A DNA stretch of 64,000 bases from an uncultured virus (IMG/VR IMGVR_UViG_3300028638_000009) (taxonomy: Duplodnaviria; Heunggongvirae; Uroviricota; Caudoviricetes): the IMG/VR virus record IMGVR_UViG_3300028638_000009, one strand, 5' to 3'. The position numbers and the translations under genes are program-made. The notes below the pieces were generated by a model that worked only from the letters and a program-made list of their open reading frames with translations, did no database searches and was not told the DNA's origin. The stretch's first letter is position 1. Each line of letters opens with the position of its first letter. This document shows, piece by piece, positions 9,961 to 19,818 of this stretch.

Positions 9961-10504
9961 CCACCTTTGCCATTAATATTTTATCGTAAATTCCATCTGG
10001 AGGAGTGCCCTGTTTGTACTTCAAGAAAGTAGAATACATCAACGCCATAGAAATAGCATCTGCGATGTTATCATTGGAGGTATCTATACTAAATCTGGAT
10101 TTAAGTGCGGATATGACCTCGTCCTTCTTGGCTTTTCCATTTCTGGCTACGAACATTTTATGATGGGCTATCATTATCTGGCGGGCAGAAAACCCTTTCA
10201 TGTAAAAAAAGTATTTTATTACTCCGCCGAGCTCACCTAGCTGAAATCCTCTGAAGGATCCCCCAAAGGCATAGCTCTCCAAAATAACATGTTCTATTTT
10301 AGAGGGGTTTTCCATCTTTATGGCCGACATATTTAAGATTGAGTCCAATAACGACAGGATGTGTTCCATTCTTTTTTCCCACAGCATATCTGCTGTAGTT
10401 TTTATAAGAAATAGTTCCATCCTGCCGTCATTGGACAAGTAGCAGACGCCGGTACCTGAGTAGCTTTGATCTATTGATAATATCATATTACCTGATATTA
10501 TCAT
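9836..10504 (-). CDS. RuvC-like Holliday junction resolvase
   Basis: ILSIDQSYSGTG, VILESY, LGELGGVIK, GKAKKDEV, DNIADA. Confidence 0.85.
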   Translation of the reverse strand: MIISGNMILSIDQSYSGTGVCYLSNDGRMELFLIKTTADMLWEKRMEHILSLLDSILNMSAIKMENPSKIEHVILESYAFGGSFRGFQLGELGGVIKYFFYMKGFSARQIMIAHHKMFVARNGKAKKDEVISALKSRFSIDTSNDNIADAISMALMYSTFLKYKQGTPPDGIYDKILMAKVDEYLNGTKKRGKRAPKKSAEPVAKPVREAGSKRKRRSDKDK

Positions 10505-10531
10505 ATAAGATGCATCAGGTCAAAGGGTACG

Positions 10532-11035
10532 TCACCCTACGGCTTCGTCGATTTTCTTCCATTTTGCGTGCCCGTTTCTTACACGGGTTTTGTTGGCCTG
10601 GAGTTCTCTGTGTTTGAACTTCTCCAGGATTTCAAATGGGACGTTTCCAGCGATATACAGTCTCGGTAGATTCTCTTCGTCCGATACTGTGAACGGATAC
10701 TTAATCGGCTCGGGGTCTGCAACCAAGAGGGCTTCGTTTTTAAGCTGAGCGCGCACTCTGGTCACTACACTGTCAACGCTGGCCCGGGTGAACATCTTTA
10801 CCGCCGCCTCACGAGTCTTATCCTTCTTAATTGGCAGCATCTTTACGATTTTTTTGAATAGGATGCCTGCTACATTTTCGATGTCAGCGCCGTTGATGTT
10901 TTCTTCAGTAACTTCTTTTAAAGCTACTACGAGATCGTTTTCAAGTGCTTCCAGTTCTCCTACCTGCTTTTTTGAAAGGGGAGATCTGTCAGACTTGAGA
11001 ATTCTTTTCGGGGTTATTTTGCAGTACGGAATCAT
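10532..11035 (-). CDS. Hypothetical protein
   Basis: AGGAG SD, 167 aa. Confidence 0.6.
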   Translation of the reverse strand: MIPYCKITPKRILKSDRSPLSKKQVGELEALENDLVVALKEVTEENINGADIENVAGILFKKIVKMLPIKKDKTREAAVKMFTRASVDSVVTRVRAQLKNEALLVADPEPIKYPFTVSDEENLPRLYIAGNVPFEILEKFKHRELQANKTRVRNGHAKWKKIDEAVG

Positions 11036-11071
11036 TACGTTCTCCTAAAGATTTTATTAGATACCCACAGA

Positions 11072-12598
11072 CTACAGGTCTCCAATTCCTGTAGTAGACA
11101 CCTCCATTTTCAATATTTTGTACAGTCTATTTCTAGCCGCCCACGAATTGTTAAGCTCGGGTATATAGGTATCAACCAAGTCATAAACGATAGGTATTTC
11201 TTTACCCTCTACGTTTCTGGCTATTCTTCCTATTCGCTGTCTTAACAACTCGTCAAAAGAGCTTGGCATTGCGAGCACCAGTCTATTTAAAGTGACCACA
11301 TCCAAGCCCTCGTCCGCGATAGAAGTTCCGACTATAAATTTCAATTTTCCGGCCCTGGCATCTTCCAGGATTAACTTCTTTTTCTTTTTATACGCTGCGG
11401 ATCCTCCCCCAAGTAGGAGTCCACAGGTAGTTTTACAGGTGTTAATTAGATAATCCTGCAGTAGTTGCGCGTGATCCCGTCTTTTAGTCAGTATCAGAAC
11501 TACTGCGTCCCTGTCGTTGACCAAGTGGTTCAATACCTTTTTAAGTTGGGAATTTCTGCCCTTACTGTCTGCCATCCAACCGTACAAGTAAGCATATTCC
11601 AGGCGCATCTCACCTTTGCGCACTGCGTACACGTCTTCTATATTCAAATCCCCGGGGTCGTCGAAGTCTACCCTGACCACTCTTGGCATTATTATTCGAT
11701 CCCCTATGTCCTCATAGGATAGTTGCACTAGAGCCGATCCAAATATTGAAAACATAAGGAATTCTTTTCTGTCTTTTCGCTTAAGGGACGCAGTCAGCCC
11801 ATACCTGTATTTAGCTCGGCACTTCCCAACTACTTCTCTAAAGGTGTCTGCAGGAACATGGTGACATTCATCAAGTATTACACAGCCATATCCAGTATAG
11901 AATTCATTCTTATTGTGATAATTTACTATTGACTGTATTGTGGCAACGGTAACATGAGTTCCCTGCTCTTTGGATGTCCCGAAGAATTTACCGATGTGCA
12001 AACCGTCGTAAGTTTTAGATCCAAGAGCTTCACACCACTGCTCTGCCAGCTGTTCGGTATGCACTATAACCAATGTACGCTGTTTTATTTGCCCCAATAT
12101 GGACGCCGCCAGTATTGTTTTACCCCCACCAGGCGGAAAGCTCAACACTCCTTGATTCCTGGATAAGGCGCTTACTTGAGCAGTTTGTTGATATCCTTCA
12201 AGAACGAGTTTGAATTCTGGAAAAGCTACTGGAGTGGTAACCACAGACATGTTTATAGCAATGCCTATAGGCAGCTTTCCGCTCAACTCCAGCACTTTGT
12301 TATGGTTGTCAATTACCTGCTTAAGATCCCGCCACATCCCACGATCTATATGCATCGAGATACTTTCGTTGGAATCAACTACGTATGAATACATGTAGAT
12401 GTTTTTTGTAAGATCTCTATATGGCAGTCCCTGCCGTTTTCTTATCGCTATTAAAGGATTGACTTTCGTACACAGTTTTGTTATCTTCTTTGATAGCGCT
12501 TCAGGAATGTCTCGGTAGTTGACAATTGTTATTTTTGAGTTAATAGTAATATGTAGCGTAATCGGATCTGCGTGTTTTTTCGTTTTCTTCTTTGTCAT
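11072..12598 (-). CDS. Superfamily 2 DNA helicase (UvsW/XPB-like)
   Basis: PPGGGKT, DECHH, GLTAS, DEGLDV, QRIGRIAR motifs. Confidence 0.92.
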   Translation of the reverse strand: MTKKKTKKHADPITLHITINSKITIVNYRDIPEALSKKITKLCTKVNPLIAIRKRQGLPYRDLTKNIYMYSYVVDSNESISMHIDRGMWRDLKQVIDNHNKVLELSGKLPIGIAINMSVVTTPVAFPEFKLVLEGYQQTAQVSALSRNQGVLSFPPGGGKTILAASILGQIKQRTLVIVHTEQLAEQWCEALGSKTYDGLHIGKFFGTSKEQGTHVTVATIQSIVNYHNKNEFYTGYGCVILDECHHVPADTFREVVGKCRAKYRYGLTASLKRKDRKEFLMFSIFGSALVQLSYEDIGDRIIMPRVVRVDFDDPGDLNIEDVYAVRKGEMRLEYAYLYGWMADSKGRNSQLKKVLNHLVNDRDAVVLILTKRRDHAQLLQDYLINTCKTTCGLLLGGGSAAYKKKKKLILEDARAGKLKFIVGTSIADEGLDVVTLNRLVLAMPSSFDELLRQRIGRIARNVEGKEIPIVYDLVDTYIPELNNSWAARNRLYKILKMEVSTTGIGDL

Positions 12599-12613
12599 AG
12601 TTATGGAGGTATT

Positions 12614-12886
12614 ATGAACTCACTATTAGTTAAGTTGGCCGGAGATATAGCCCAGCTCTCATTTGAAAAGCTGGCTAAGGGTATGGCTAACCCTACCGGG
12701 GGAAAATCAACTGGGTCAACAGTTAAGTCCCCCAGCACTTCTGCAAAGATGGCACCTACAGTAAACGACATAGCTCCTAAGCTAACCACCGCAAACAATG
12801 TAGTTAAATTACCAAGCGCACTAAACACTGTTCAGCCTAATAATCAGCAAAGTGGTATGCCTATGCCAACTTTACCTATGTTCTGA
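12614..12886 (+). CDS. Small protein with N-terminal KLAxDI-x6-KLA motif and S/T/P-rich tail
   Basis: GGAGG SD; MNSLLVKLAGDIAQLSFEKLA; lone + strand gene in a - strand block. Confidence 0.65.
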   Translation: MNSLLVKLAGDIAQLSFEKLAKGMANPTGGKSTGSTVKSPSTSAKMAPTVNDIAPKLTTANNVVKLPSALNTVQPNNQQSGMPMPTLPMF

Positions 12887-12928
12887 TAACCTCCCACCTT
12901 TCTAGGGGGTAGTAGTGATTAGTCACTA

Positions 12929-13978
12929 TTATCCCCCTATTTTTTCGTCCACTGGAATTGATTCGTCAGAGGATGATTTATAGTCAGACTCGAAGAAGCT
13001 TTTCCTTATAAATTCAATGACTGACATACCCTTGTCGGCAGGGGTTGGGTCCGTTACATGCTCTTCTGCTATTAGCTTATCGAATGTCGACGATATATAC
13101 GATGTTATATTGTCAAATATAGAATCCATCTGTTCTATATCCCCAGATTTTCTAGCCAATTTGCCAAGTCGGTACATCTTTCTTACATGCTCACTCTTTC
13201 GATTAACTTCTCTTACTCTAGCCTTTTCCTGCTTCTTTGCTTTTCTTCTTGCCAGTGACTCTTCTTTTTCCATCTTCTCCTTAAGAATCTGTGCTTCTGA
13301 CTTTCCTGATGACGCTGTTTTCTTTTTTACATCAGGCTCGGGAGTCCTGGTAATTTCTACAGGCGCAGTAGATATTTGTATCGGTGCTGGGATTGTGGGG
13401 ATCGATGGTACTTCTTTTATTTCTTGTTCGGGATCAGGTCTGGCTGGAACAGGTCTGGCTAGTACCGTCTGTAATTTTAAAGGCGCCTTTTCTCTTTTAC
13501 CTATTAGATGCTTAGCCAGTATCTCGTTTGATTTACTCTTAGAATCTATGCTTGGCTTTTCTGTATATATGGAAGTAGTTCCTGCAAAGGCTCCCCATAT
13601 TTGCCTGACATTAGGATGTATGTCGTTAAGTATTTCGACACAATCTTTTATTATCAGGCTCATTTTCTCCGTGCCGCCCGCGGTGTTTATTATTATTTCC
13701 TCTATGTCCAATCCAGATCTGCGGTAGTCGTTTATTATAGTCACGACGGTTTTAACTATCTTATCTATGTACTTTTCATAGTACTCCGTTCCATGGAATG
13801 GGTGGGCCAATATTATTACATGAGAGTTTTCATCGATGTATTTCCGGGCTTCGCTCTCCAGCCCGGATGACACAATAAAAATTGATTCAGTGTAGTTAAA
13901 CTCTTTTCGAGCGTTTATCCACACGAATTCGTTAAAGCAAGCCATCTGTCCGATGTTAGATATGTATAAAACCGACAT
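12929..13978 (-). CDS. CARF-like domain protein with Pro-rich linker and basic helical C-terminus
   Basis: N-terminal VLYISNIG strand and IIINTAGGTEKMS, resembling the CARF N/D-x-T-GG-x-K-x-MS motif. Confidence 0.6.
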   Translation of the reverse strand: MSVLYISNIGQMACFNEFVWINARKEFNYTESIFIVSSGLESEARKYIDENSHVIILAHPFHGTEYYEKYIDKIVKTVVTIINDYRRSGLDIEEIIINTAGGTEKMSLIIKDCVEILNDIHPNVRQIWGAFAGTTSIYTEKPSIDSKSKSNEILAKHLIGKREKAPLKLQTVLARPVPARPDPEQEIKEVPSIPTIPAPIQISTAPVEITRTPEPDVKKKTASSGKSEAQILKEKMEKEESLARRKAKKQEKARVREVNRKSEHVRKMYRLGKLARKSGDIEQMDSIFDNITSYISSTFDKLIAEEHVTDPTPADKGMSVIEFIRKSFFESDYKSSSDESIPVDEKIGG

Positions 13979-14007
13979 AGTAAACTCCTTGGGAAGTATA
14001 TATGTCT

Positions 14008-14045
14008 CTTATACCTAAAAAGAATAGGGGGCCCGAAGGCCCCCT
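14008..14045 (-). promoter_or_regulatory. Terminator (C-UUCG-G loop) followed by GGTATAAG motif
   Basis: Stem agggggcc-cgaa-ggccccct at 14026-14045, U-rich run, then motif at 14008-14015. Confidence 0.75.
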
Positions 14046-14049
14046 TAGT

Positions 14050-17000
14050 TCACACTACATCATGTGCGTCCACGAGATCTACCTCTGCAGTTTTGTGTGC
14101 TACCACTTCGTCTACCTCGTCGAACACCTTCAGATATTCTTTAGGTTTCATCATACTTCCATACGAATCCCCTATCGATATATCGGCTTCCATATCCAGG
14201 TATGGCGGCCACGCCCACCCTAAAGGATGGTTTGGGAAGTTGAATCTGGCCATGTCTACCTTAGCGGTCATACTGTCATTTACCAGTTTAAGCGCCTTTT
14301 CGATTGACGCACGGTCTCGATAACAGGTTAGGAGTAATTCATCGTGTATGAACTGGACTATCTGCGCGTCTATTCCGGATTCGAATATTGCGTTGTCCAG
14401 CTCGATTGCCGCTACTTTGGTCATTGATGCCGCTAGTGACTGCACTGGGAAGTTTGTCGCTGCCCGTCTGTCCTTGCGCACCCATGAGCCAAATTGTTTA
14501 TTTACGCCTCTGAGTCCGTCCTGGAAGTAGTATCTTTCATAGAATCCTTCTTCCTTTTCCTTATTCAGGTATCCAGCGTATTTAAACCGTCTAGTTCTGC
14601 CTACCATGTCAGTTATCTTGCCGTATTTGTCTACATACAGCTGGCAGGACAGGATGTAGGCCTTGACCCCTGGGAAGGTGTCAAAGTACTGATCCAGTAT
14701 AGCCTGTGCTTCTTCAAATGGTATACCGTTAGTTTCGGCTATACCATATGCAGATCCGCCGTATGCCAGGGCAAATGTAACTGATTTTGCAATTGTCCTT
14801 AGCCTGTCGTATACGGGGTGGTCCTTTATGAGAGAAACATCCACGTCAATGGCGTCGCCATGGATCTGTTTTGTAATATAGGAGTGAATGTCCACCACAT
14901 TACACTTGGACCCCTTTTCGTGATTCTCCTTTTCGCATTTACCAAACTGATTTCTCCAGTCTGGGTCGTTGTTGTACTGACAAAAAAAGCATGGATTATA
15001 GGCTCTGATCAACTTTTCATCTTTGCTGTACGCTGCTAGAATTCGTATTTCCTGGCCAGCGTAGTCAGCCGCTATAAGGCAATGCTTTGGTTTTGGTACA
15101 ATACAGCCTCGTATGTATTTACCGGCTTTCTTAGGTAACTGTTGAAAATTCGGGTTTGAACTTGAAAGACGGCCTGTAGCAGTCCTGGCCTGATTATACG
15201 TAGGGTGCAGCATCCCGTCCAGCGGATGCAGTTTAGTGTCCAGGTTAGTGTAAGAGCTAACCAGTTTAGAAGCTGCTCTATACTCCATAAGGCGCTTGGC
15301 TTGCGTAACCCCAACTTTGGCCAGAGCGCCCAGTGCGTGCTTGTCCAGGCTCGGCTCCCCCGCAGGCGTAGCATATACCATTATAGCTGATCCATCCACG
15401 CCATAAGAGTCGCACTCTTCATTGTGGCACTTCATATCTTCGTACTGATGTCGCTTGCCACAAGTCCTGCACTTCTTTATAGGAACTATACCCATTCTGT
15501 TAAAGAACAGGTCCTTAATCATGGGTCCAGAATTTATGTTGAACTTCTCGTCCTCTTTATACATCAGAGAGAATTCATTCACGATATCTTCCATCTTAAA
15601 CTTAAGATCAGTTTCTATCTGTTTAAGTTTCTTGACATCAAGACATATTCCTGTTCTTTCTGCGTGAATCAGCACGGGCAAGAAGTTCATTTCTATCTCA
15701 AACAGTGGCCATATCTTTCTGAGAGAGAATTCCATCAGAAACGCCATTCCTAACATATAACAAATGTCTCTTACGTTATATGCCGCGGCTAAGTCCTTGT
15801 GCTCGAACTTGTACTGTTTAAGATCCACTTTCCATGATGGAACTCCAAGTTCCTGAACTGCTATGTGCTTCAGACCGCGCTTATCCCTGGACATGTCATC
15901 ATATCCTGGTCTTGAAATATAATGCGCCAGCATAGTATCCATAAATACCGGCAGTCGTATCCCTGTCTGACTCAACAATACTCCGTAGTCAAACTTGGCA
16001 TTATGCAATATCAACTTCTTCTGCTTAAGTCTGGATATGATATCCCTTAAACATGTTGAAGTAATGTTCTTGGAGTTAGCCCCATACATGTTCATGTATC
16101 TTGTAGCGTTTTTAATAGGATGTCCATATAGCTTCATGTTAGCTACATGCCGAATTACTCCCTTTTCTCCTATGTATAACGCTTTAGTCTTAGGCATTCC
16201 GTGTGCCGTAGATACGTAGAACCCTATCTTTGTATCCACTCCGATACCGAAAGAAACCAACTCTGTGGTCAGGGTATCCAACCCAGTGGTTTCTACGTCT
16301 ATTCCTATTAGGTCCTGAGTCTCGGTAAGATACACAAATAAATTGTATAGCCTGTCTTCTATCCCATCCATGTCCACTTCAGGGAATTCCATGGACTTAG
16401 GCATTTCTTTGGTGCCTACTACAGAAGTTTTACCTGTCGAGGACACTCCTAACAGTTTACTTGAAGTGAATATTTCCCCTATCTCCAACTTTGACAGAGT
16501 CATACCCATGTACACGAATTCGTTGCATGGAAGATCGAATTTACCAGAGGCTACCCTGTTTCTGGCATCCTCCAGCTTTTCATCGCTATCTATATTAACG
16601 AATAGCGTGAGCGGCTGTTTAAACCATGTTAGGCAATTCATTATATACAGATACCATCTACGAACTTCTTTTATATCCTTGGTAAGATCTGGATCGTTAC
16701 CCACCAAGTCCCTTAAAGATACTGGATTCATCATCCATATGTGGGCCACCCTGTAGTATACGTATACTACGTTCTCGTCATTTGGATCCGGAAGGGTAAG
16801 AACGTCCTCTATCCTGGATGCGTACGATTGTGAATACACAGATGCAATATCCCTGTATTCTGCTGGCTGAGTAAACAACCGTGTTTTAACCAGAAGCTCC
16901 CCTGCCTTTATAACAGAGCACGCCATGAAAGCGTTTAGCTCTTTTTCATGTCGTGCTCGTATTGAAGACAGTCGGTGTTCTTGAGGTACTATATGTACCG

Positions 17001-17058
17001 CTGAGTTCACTTTTTTGGAGCTCCCAGTTGACTCTAAAGAGAACTGAGAGAAATCCAT
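14050..17058 (-). CDS. polA: Family A DNA polymerase with 3'-5' exonuclease
   Basis: DVETTG, HNAKFD, TATGRLSSSNPNFQQ, DYAGQEIR, AKSVTFALAYG, NFPVQS, HDEL. Confidence 0.95.
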   Translation of the reverse strand: MDFSQFSLESTGSSKKVNSAVHIVPQEHRLSSIRARHEKELNAFMACSVIKAGELLVKTRLFTQPAEYRDIASVYSQSYASRIEDVLTLPDPNDENVVYVYYRVAHIWMMNPVSLRDLVGNDPDLTKDIKEVRRWYLYIMNCLTWFKQPLTLFVNIDSDEKLEDARNRVASGKFDLPCNEFVYMGMTLSKLEIGEIFTSSKLLGVSSTGKTSVVGTKEMPKSMEFPEVDMDGIEDRLYNLFVYLTETQDLIGIDVETTGLDTLTTELVSFGIGVDTKIGFYVSTAHGMPKTKALYIGEKGVIRHVANMKLYGHPIKNATRYMNMYGANSKNITSTCLRDIISRLKQKKLILHNAKFDYGVLLSQTGIRLPVFMDTMLAHYISRPGYDDMSRDKRGLKHIAVQELGVPSWKVDLKQYKFEHKDLAAAYNVRDICYMLGMAFLMEFSLRKIWPLFEIEMNFLPVLIHAERTGICLDVKKLKQIETDLKFKMEDIVNEFSLMYKEDEKFNINSGPMIKDLFFNRMGIVPIKKCRTCGKRHQYEDMKCHNEECDSYGVDGSAIMVYATPAGEPSLDKHALGALAKVGVTQAKRLMEYRAASKLVSSYTNLDTKLHPLDGMLHPTYNQARTATGRLSSSNPNFQQLPKKAGKYIRGCIVPKPKHCLIAADYAGQEIRILAAYSKDEKLIRAYNPCFFCQYNNDPDWRNQFGKCEKENHEKGSKCNVVDIHSYITKQIHGDAIDVDVSLIKDHPVYDRLRTIAKSVTFALAYGGSAYGIAETNGIPFEEAQAILDQYFDTFPGVKAYILSCQLYVDKYGKITDMVGRTRRFKYAGYLNKEKEEGFYERYYFQDGLRGVNKQFGSWVRKDRRAATNFPVQSLAASMTKVAAIELDNAIFESGIDAQIVQFIHDELLLTCYRDRASIEKALKLVNDSMTAKVDMARFNFPNHPLGWAWPPYLDMEADISIGDSYGSMMKPKEYLKVFDEVDEVVAHKTAEVDLVDAHDVV

Positions 17059-17067
17059 GTTATCTCC

Positions 17068-17358
17068 TTATCTGCATTTTGTGGATGTACTTGTAGATTT
17101 AAAAAACGACCCTATTAGAGACAACCCGGCAATTATGTAAGGTAACTCACTTATGTGAAATGTATGCCTACCCATTAACAGAGTGTTAAGTGAATCTATA
17201 ACTACCTGTCCACATGTTACCATAAGTATCCACCCAATAAAATACCCGGCCATAAATATCAGTGGCGGGACAATTAGCACCGCCAGTACCAATAGCAGTA
17301 CTGTCATCCCACACCCGGTTAGCCCGGCAATTACATCCAGTTCCTTATCTTCACGCAT
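17068..17358 (-). CDS. Small membrane protein
   Basis: Two or three hydrophobic segments in 96 aa. Confidence 0.65.
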   Translation of the reverse strand: MREDKELDVIAGLTGCGMTVLLLVLAVLIVPPLIFMAGYFIGWILMVTCGQVVIDSLNTLLMGRHTFHISELPYIIAGLSLIGSFFKSTSTSTKCR

Positions 17359-17776
17359 TTGGTTCGATAGCCTCCTGAACTATTTCTGCGTCTTCTTCCA
17401 TTACCTCTACCGCAACGTTATCCTTGTCATCAACCTCTACCATTGGATGTTCTGACACTCTTGCCGGACCTGACATAATTGACAACAGCACCTTGTCCAG
17501 ATCTGCCATTCCGCTGACGCCAACTACCATTGTATACACGCATTCCTGAGTGTTCATAGTCATAGATCCTGGAAACAGGTACAGGGTTCTGCCTGAATCA
17601 GGAATAGCTTCAAACAGGATGGAGATGGCGCGTGTGATTCCGTCGCTAAGAGTTGGACTGGACAGCTTAAGAGTCACAAGCTTGGCACCGTCTCTGGTGA
17701 ATATAGGTTCAGTAGAAGGCTTGGTCAGATCAACATCAGAAATATCAGAAATCCTGGTTACAGTAACTACTTTCAT
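17351..17776 (-). CDS. Hypothetical protein
   Basis: GGGAG SD, 141 aa, acidic tail. Confidence 0.6.
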   Translation of the reverse strand: MKVVTVTRISDISDVDLTKPSTEPIFTRDGAKLVTLKLSSPTLSDGITRAISILFEAIPDSGRTLYLFPGSMTMNTQECVYTMVVGVSGMADLDKVLLSIMSGPARVSEHPMVEVDDKDNVAVEVMEEDAEIVQEAIEPNA

Positions 17777-17892
17777 TTAGTATCTCCCTTTTTCTTTGTA
17801 GATGGTTTTGACTTAACCATCGGAGTGCCACATCTTGGGCACAGTACGTTACAACAAGCAACTACATATTCGCATGATGGGCATATGTACAT
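17773..17892 (-). CDS. 39-aa zinc-ribbon microprotein (not in ORF track)
   Basis: MYICPSCEYVVACCNVLCPRCGTPMVK...; fills the gap, ATGA overlap with next gene. Confidence 0.65.
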   Translation of the reverse strand: MYICPSCEYVVACCNVLCPRCGTPMVKSKPSTKKKGDTK

Positions 17893-17893
17893 G

Positions 17894-18094
17894 TTACACT
17901 ACCCCTTTATTAGCATTCACGAATTCAAACAAATCCTCAGATGAAATCCTGATAGCTTTGTCGGATACTCGTATAGCCTTTATCCTACCCTTTTCAATCA
18001 GCTTCTTTACTGTCTGTACAGATACAGATAGGAAGTCGGCTACTTGGCGTATAGAATACATATTCTTTACGCTAGTATCGACTGTTTTCGTCAT
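17894..18094 (-). CDS. Excisionase-like HTH DNA-binding protein
   Basis: YSIRQVADFLSVSVQTVKKLIEKGRIKAIRV..IRI..EDL; GGAGG SD before ATG 18094. Confidence 0.85.
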   Translation of the reverse strand: MTKTVDTSVKNMYSIRQVADFLSVSVQTVKKLIEKGRIKAIRVSDKAIRISSEDLFEFVNANKGVV

Positions 18095-18128
18095 ATTTGA
18101 TATACCTCCATATGTAATGTATAAAAAT

Positions 18129-18158
18129 ATAATACAATAGGTGGTATTCAAATGTCAA
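18129..18158 (-). promoter_or_regulatory. Sigma70-like promoter
   Basis: TTGACA-N18-TATTAT upstream of the HTH gene; GGTATAAG also at 18189-18196. Confidence 0.5.
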
Positions 18159-18328
18159 CATATAAATTAAAACGTTATCGACATTTTTCTTATACCCAAG
18201 TATATAATGGCGTACTATGTATAGTGTAAATATTCCCTATAAGTAAAATTGATACTAAGTAAAAATTACTCATTTTGTATGGAATTATTACCTACTAGTA
18301 TAAGTGGTGCAGTGTCCGCCAAAAAAAC

Positions 18329-18622
18329 GTTGTACCGTCCAAGGGTGGGTTATAGCACTCGAAACTAAGATCAGTAAATAGTTTGAGTCATATTAAGGTC
18401 GGTGCAAAAGTCAAGGAGGTGGTGCAAATGGTACTTTTGTAGATACAATAAGCATATATAGAGAAATATAATAATAAATCCAAAAATCCTCTAATAAGTG
18501 AATCGTAATCCCCGTAAGCACCTTTGCACCATGATTTTGTACGCTGCACCAATTTTATTCGCATTCAAATCTTTTACTATAGCCAATCTGTAAACTATAA
18601 AAAGTACATCATGGCGTACAAC
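18329..18622. repeat. Palindromic non-coding element, copy 1 (candidate replication origin)
   Basis: Ungapped homology to 61118-61411 (offset 42789); nested inverted repeats around an AT-rich core. Confidence 0.85.
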
Positions 18623-18904
18623 CTAAATGCCGTACCCTCTGCACCAACTACGACTCCGGTGGCTGGATAAGCCAATCTCGAATAGGCCATTTTTTCATGA
18701 AATCACAGCACACTGTAATAAATACAGGCGTTACAGGTATACTAAAAATCGACCATTTTTGTAATCGGTACACAACTTTTTCAATATTTTTTCAACGAGT
18801 TTTTCAGTGTAAAGTATTTTTTACGCAAAATGTGAACTTTTAACACATTTTATACGGTTAGCGCATGCTAACTGCTGAAATTTCAGCACAATTGATACCT
18901 AAAT

Positions 18905-18932
18905 AAAATCGGGGGATAACTCCCCCGATTTT
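18905..18932 (-). terminator. Intrinsic terminator
   Basis: aaaatcggggga-taac-tcccccgatttt just after the stop at 18934. Confidence 0.8.
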
Positions 18933-18933
18933 T

Positions 18934-19818
18934 TTATCCAAGCTTAAGACATTTCAGTATCGTCTTAGCACATTCACTTTCGGAACACAGGTTAGGTATC
19001 GGCATATCTGTGGCAGTCTTTACCTTTTCCTTATTCGTAGCACTGCCCCACATCGCTAATTCGAAGTCTTTTCTGTTTCCTCTGTATCTATGGCAGGCCT
19101 CAATTCTTATCCTGTCCATCATACAATACAGCTGAAACTTGCTGTAGCAGACTCGTCTTCTCCTGTGTCTAAGGGAATCTATGTTTATCACCTTCTCCAA
19201 CTCCGCATAGTCTGGGCGTACTATAGAGCTTCTGCCATTAAGCAAAAGATCTGTAAGTATTGATCTTCGCTCCTCTTCACTGGCCATAACCATAGCATCT
19301 GCTATATACTTGGACATCCAGTAATGAGAGTGCGGAACATTTAGCACAGTGTTTATCTTGCTGGCGATATCCATCTGCGTAAATAGCTCCATGTCTATGA
19401 GAGCTCTGTCCGCCTTCTTTATCGCCCCACCAAGATACTCTATTTTACCGTATGCGTTTAATCCAAACTGAGCTCTTCCAGTTAGATACAGCCACAGCAT
19501 CGCACAATGGAGTGCCTCCATACTTCTAGGCTCCATATATGGACGGTATATACCGGCTTGCCTGTAAACCTCAGACACTTCTGCTGGCTGCATGTCAAAT
19601 ATGTTACATATTGTACCTACATCCAACAGATACCCGAGATTACTCAACTCAGCAAACTGCTTATAAGACAGTCCTAATACAGCCAGGGTTATGTATGGAC
19701 TGACCCTAGCTGGATCTGGAGCCTCAATCTTAGGAGACTCCGCGGTAGTATCAACGATAACATCAGCATCTACATCAGAACACGAAGTCACTTCCATCTC
19801 CGGAGCTCCTTTCTTCAT
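18934..19818 (-). CDS. Hypothetical protein, possibly DNA-binding
   Basis: 294 aa, overlaps the end of the primase-helicase gene; weak HTH-like segment. Confidence 0.55.
   Translation of the reverse strand: MKKGAPEMEVTSCSDVDADVIVDTTAESPKIEAPDPARVSPYITLAVLGLSYKQFAELSNLGYLLDVGTICNIFDMQPAEVSEVYRQAGIYRPYMEPRSMEALHCAMLWLYLTGRAQFGLNAYGKIEYLGGAIKKADRALIDMELFTQMDIASKINTVLNVPHSHYWMSKYIADAMVMASEEERRSILTDLLLNGRSSIVRPDYAELEKVINIDSLRHRRRRVCYSKFQLYCMMDRIRIEACHRYRGNRKDFELAMWGSATNKEKVKTATDMPIPNLCSESECAKTILKCLKLG

Noticed and set aside
13017..13727. 236-aa + strand ORF
   Set aside because: Antisense shadow of the CARF-like gene; Ser/Leu/Phe-rich with no motif or SD
14050..17058. Inteins in PolA, RNR or helicase
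   Set aside because: Insertions are short and lack the terminal HN-C/S/T splice motif and LAGLIDADG motifs
17894..18094. Excisionase as evidence of lysogeny or an att site
   Set aside because: No integrase in the window; this HTH family is commonly just regulatory
18329..18622. Duplicated element as a DGR TR/VR pair or IS/MITE
   Set aside because: Non-coding, mismatches not adenine-specific, no reverse transcriptase or transposase, no target-site duplication seen
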